Shown: positions 61,483-64,000 of the stretch, piece by piece | Layout: every line of letters begins with the position of its first letter | Position numbering within the stretch: position 1 is the stretch's first letter | Assembly (NCBI RefSeq): GCF_963921235.1 | Contig: NC_086097.1 | Location: 173,478,001 to 173,542,000, forward strand | Source: Mobula hypostoma | Lineage: Eukaryota | DNA: 64,000 bases | Reading direction: 5' to 3' | The notes under the pieces: generated by a model | Seen by the model: only the letters and a program-made list of their open reading frames with translations | What the model was told of the DNA's origin: nothing | Databases searched by the model: none | Made by a program: the position numbers and the translations under genes

Positions 61483-64000
61483 AGAAACATAGAAAACACA
61501 CAGCACAATACAGGCTTTTCGGTCCTCAAAGCTGTGCCAAACATGTTCCTACTTTAGAACTACCTAGGATTTACCCATAGCCCTCTATTTTTCTAAGCTC
61601 CATGTACCCATCCAGGAGTCTTTTAAAAGACCCTATCGTTTCCACCTCCACCACCGTCACCAGCAGCCTACTCCACGCACTCACCACTCTCTACATAAAA
61701 ATCTTACCCCTGACATCTCCTCTGTACCTATTTCCAAGCACCTTAAAACTATGCTAGCCATTTCAGCCCTGGGAAAAAGCCTCTGACTATCCACATGATC
61801 AATGCTGCTCATTATCTCGTACAGCTCTATCAAGTCACCTCTCATCCTCTGTCGCTCCAAGGAGAAAAGGCCGAGTTCACTCAACCTATTCTCATAAGAC
61901 ATGCTCCCCATTCCATGCAACATCCTTGTAAATCTCGTCTACACCCTTTCTATGGTTTCCACATCCTTCCTATAGTGAGGGGACCAGAAATGAGCACAGT
62001 ACTCCAAGTGGGGTCTGACCAGGGTCCTAAATAGCTGCAACATTACCTCTCGGCTCTTAAACTCAGTCCCACGACTGATGAAGGCCAATGCACTGTATGC
62101 CTTCTTAACCACAGAGTCAACCTGTGTAGCAGCTTTGAGTGTCCTATAGATTCAGATCCCAAGATCCCTCTGATCCTCTACACTGCCAAGTGTCTTACCA
62201 TTAATGCTATATTCTGCCATCATGTTTGACCTACCAAAATGAACCACCTCACACTTACCTGGGTTGAACTCCATCTGCCACTTCTCAGCCCAGATTTGCA
62301 TCCTATCAATGTCCTGTTGTAACCTCTGACAGCCCTCCACACTATCCACAACACCCCCAACCTTTGTGTCATCAGCAAATTTACTAACCCATCCCTCCAC
62401 TTCCTCATCCAGGTCATTTATAAAAATCACAAAGAGTAGGGGTCCCAGAACAGATCCCTGAGGCATACCACTGGTCACCAGCCTCCATGCAGAATATGAC
62501 CCGTCTACAACTACTCTTTGCCTTCTGTGGGCAAGCAAGTTCTGGATCCACAAAGCAATGTCCCCTTGGATCCCATGCCTCCTTACTTTCTCAATAAGCC
62601 TTACATGGAGTACCTTATCAAATGCCTTGCTAAAATCCATATACACTACATCTATGGCTCTACCTTCATCAATGTGTTTAGTCACATCCTCAAAAAATTC
62701 AATCAGGCTCGTAAAGCACAACCTGCCTTTGACAAAGCCATGCTGACTATTCCTAATCATATTATGTCTCTCCAAACATACATAAATCCTGCCTCTCAGG
62801 ATCTTCTCCATCAACTTACCAACCACTGGAGTAAGACTCATTGGCCTATAATTTCCTGGGCTATCCCTACTCCCTTTCTTGAATAAGGGAACAACATCCG
62901 CAACCCTCCAATCCTCCAAAACCTCTCCCATCCTCATTGATGATGCAAAGATCATTGCCAGAGGCTCAGCAATCTCCTCCCTGACTTCCCACAGCAGCCT
63001 GGGGTATGTCCCGTCCGGTCTCGGTGACTTATCCAACTTGATGCTTTCCAAAAGCTCCAGCACATTCTCAAGCTTTTCAATCCACTGCAAGTCATCCCGA
63101 CAATTCCGAAGATCCTTTTTGGCAGTGATTACTGAAGCAAAGTATTAATTAAGTACCTCCGCTATTTCCTCTGGTTCCATACACACTTTTCCATTGTCAC
63201 ACTTGATTGGTCCTATTCTCTCACATACTTGTAGAATGCATTGGGATTTCCCTTAATCCTGTCCACCAAGGCCTTCTCATGGCCCCTTCTGGCTCTCCTA
63301 ATTTCATTCTTAAGCTCCTTCCTGCTAGCCTTATAATCTTTTAGATTCATATCGGTTCCTAGTTTTTTGAACCTTTCGTAAGCTCTTCTTTTCTTCTTGA
63401 CTAGATTTACAACAGCCTTTGTTGTACAATGGATCTTGTAGCCTACCATCCTTTCCATGTCTCATTGGAATGTACCTACTCAGAACCCCATGCAAATATC
63501 CCCTGAACATTTGCCACATTTCTTCGGTACGTTTCCCTAAGAACATCTCTTTCCAATTTATGCTTCCAAGTTCCTGCCTGATAGCCTCATAATTCCCCTT
63601 ACTCCAGTTAGACGTTCCCCTAATATCCCTCTCCAATGCGATAGTAAAGGAGATAGAATTGCTCTCCAAAATGCTCTTCTACTAAGAGACCTGATACCTG
63701 ACCAAGTTCATTTCCCAATACCAGATCAAGTACAGCCTCTCCTCCTGTAGGCTTACCTACATATTGTCTCAAGAAACCTTCTTGAACACCCCTAACAAAC
63801 CCCACCCCATCGAAACCCCTCACTCTAGGGAGATGCCAATCAATATTTGGGAAATAAAGATCTCCCACCACAACAACCCTGCTATTATTACTCCTTTCCA
63901 GAGTCTGTCTCCCTATCTGCTCCTCGATGTCTCTGTTACTATTGGGTGGTCTATAAAAAACACCCAGGAGAGTTATTGACCCCTTCCTATTCCTAACTTC
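61483..64000 (-). mobile_element. CR1 LINE ORF2 (end of APE endonuclease through RT to the 3' tail), running off the window
   Basis: VGDLYFPNIDW...LDLVLGNE (APE); 312-aa RT ORF 62152-63090 with YMDFSKAFDKV, GMPQGSVLGP, KFADDTK; frameshifts elsewhere. Confidence 0.95.

Overview
Eukaryotic, repeat-rich non-coding DNA (intronic or intergenic). It is most likely from a cartilaginous fish such as a ray or shark; this is inferred from the repeat repertoire of abundant CR1 LINEs, HE1-like V-SINEs, Rex1/Babar LINEs and Penelope elements. By eye, about half of the window is transposable-element debris. It includes many CR1 fragments, Rex1/Babar LINEs, a young Tx1/L1-clade 3' fragment with an 8-bp TSD, a young Penelope-like (GIY-YIG) element, three Tc1 transposons (two Passport-like), hAT-, Tc1- and mariner-derived non-autonomous elements, and several SINE families, often nested. 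No host protein-coding gene could be recognised; only a few weak splice-site-flanked exon candidates were seen. The most notable signal is a family of minimal type I hammerhead-ribozyme motifs (CAGTC-CTGANGA-stem II-GAAAC-GTC-GACTG) in the Penelope 3' terminal module. It is present in 7 variably decayed copies. One sits in a stand-alone 136-bp TSD-flanked insertion, and the module also occurs in inverted pairs. All calls were made by eye from memory of family motifs, so boundaries are approximate unless TIRs or TSDs are quoted.
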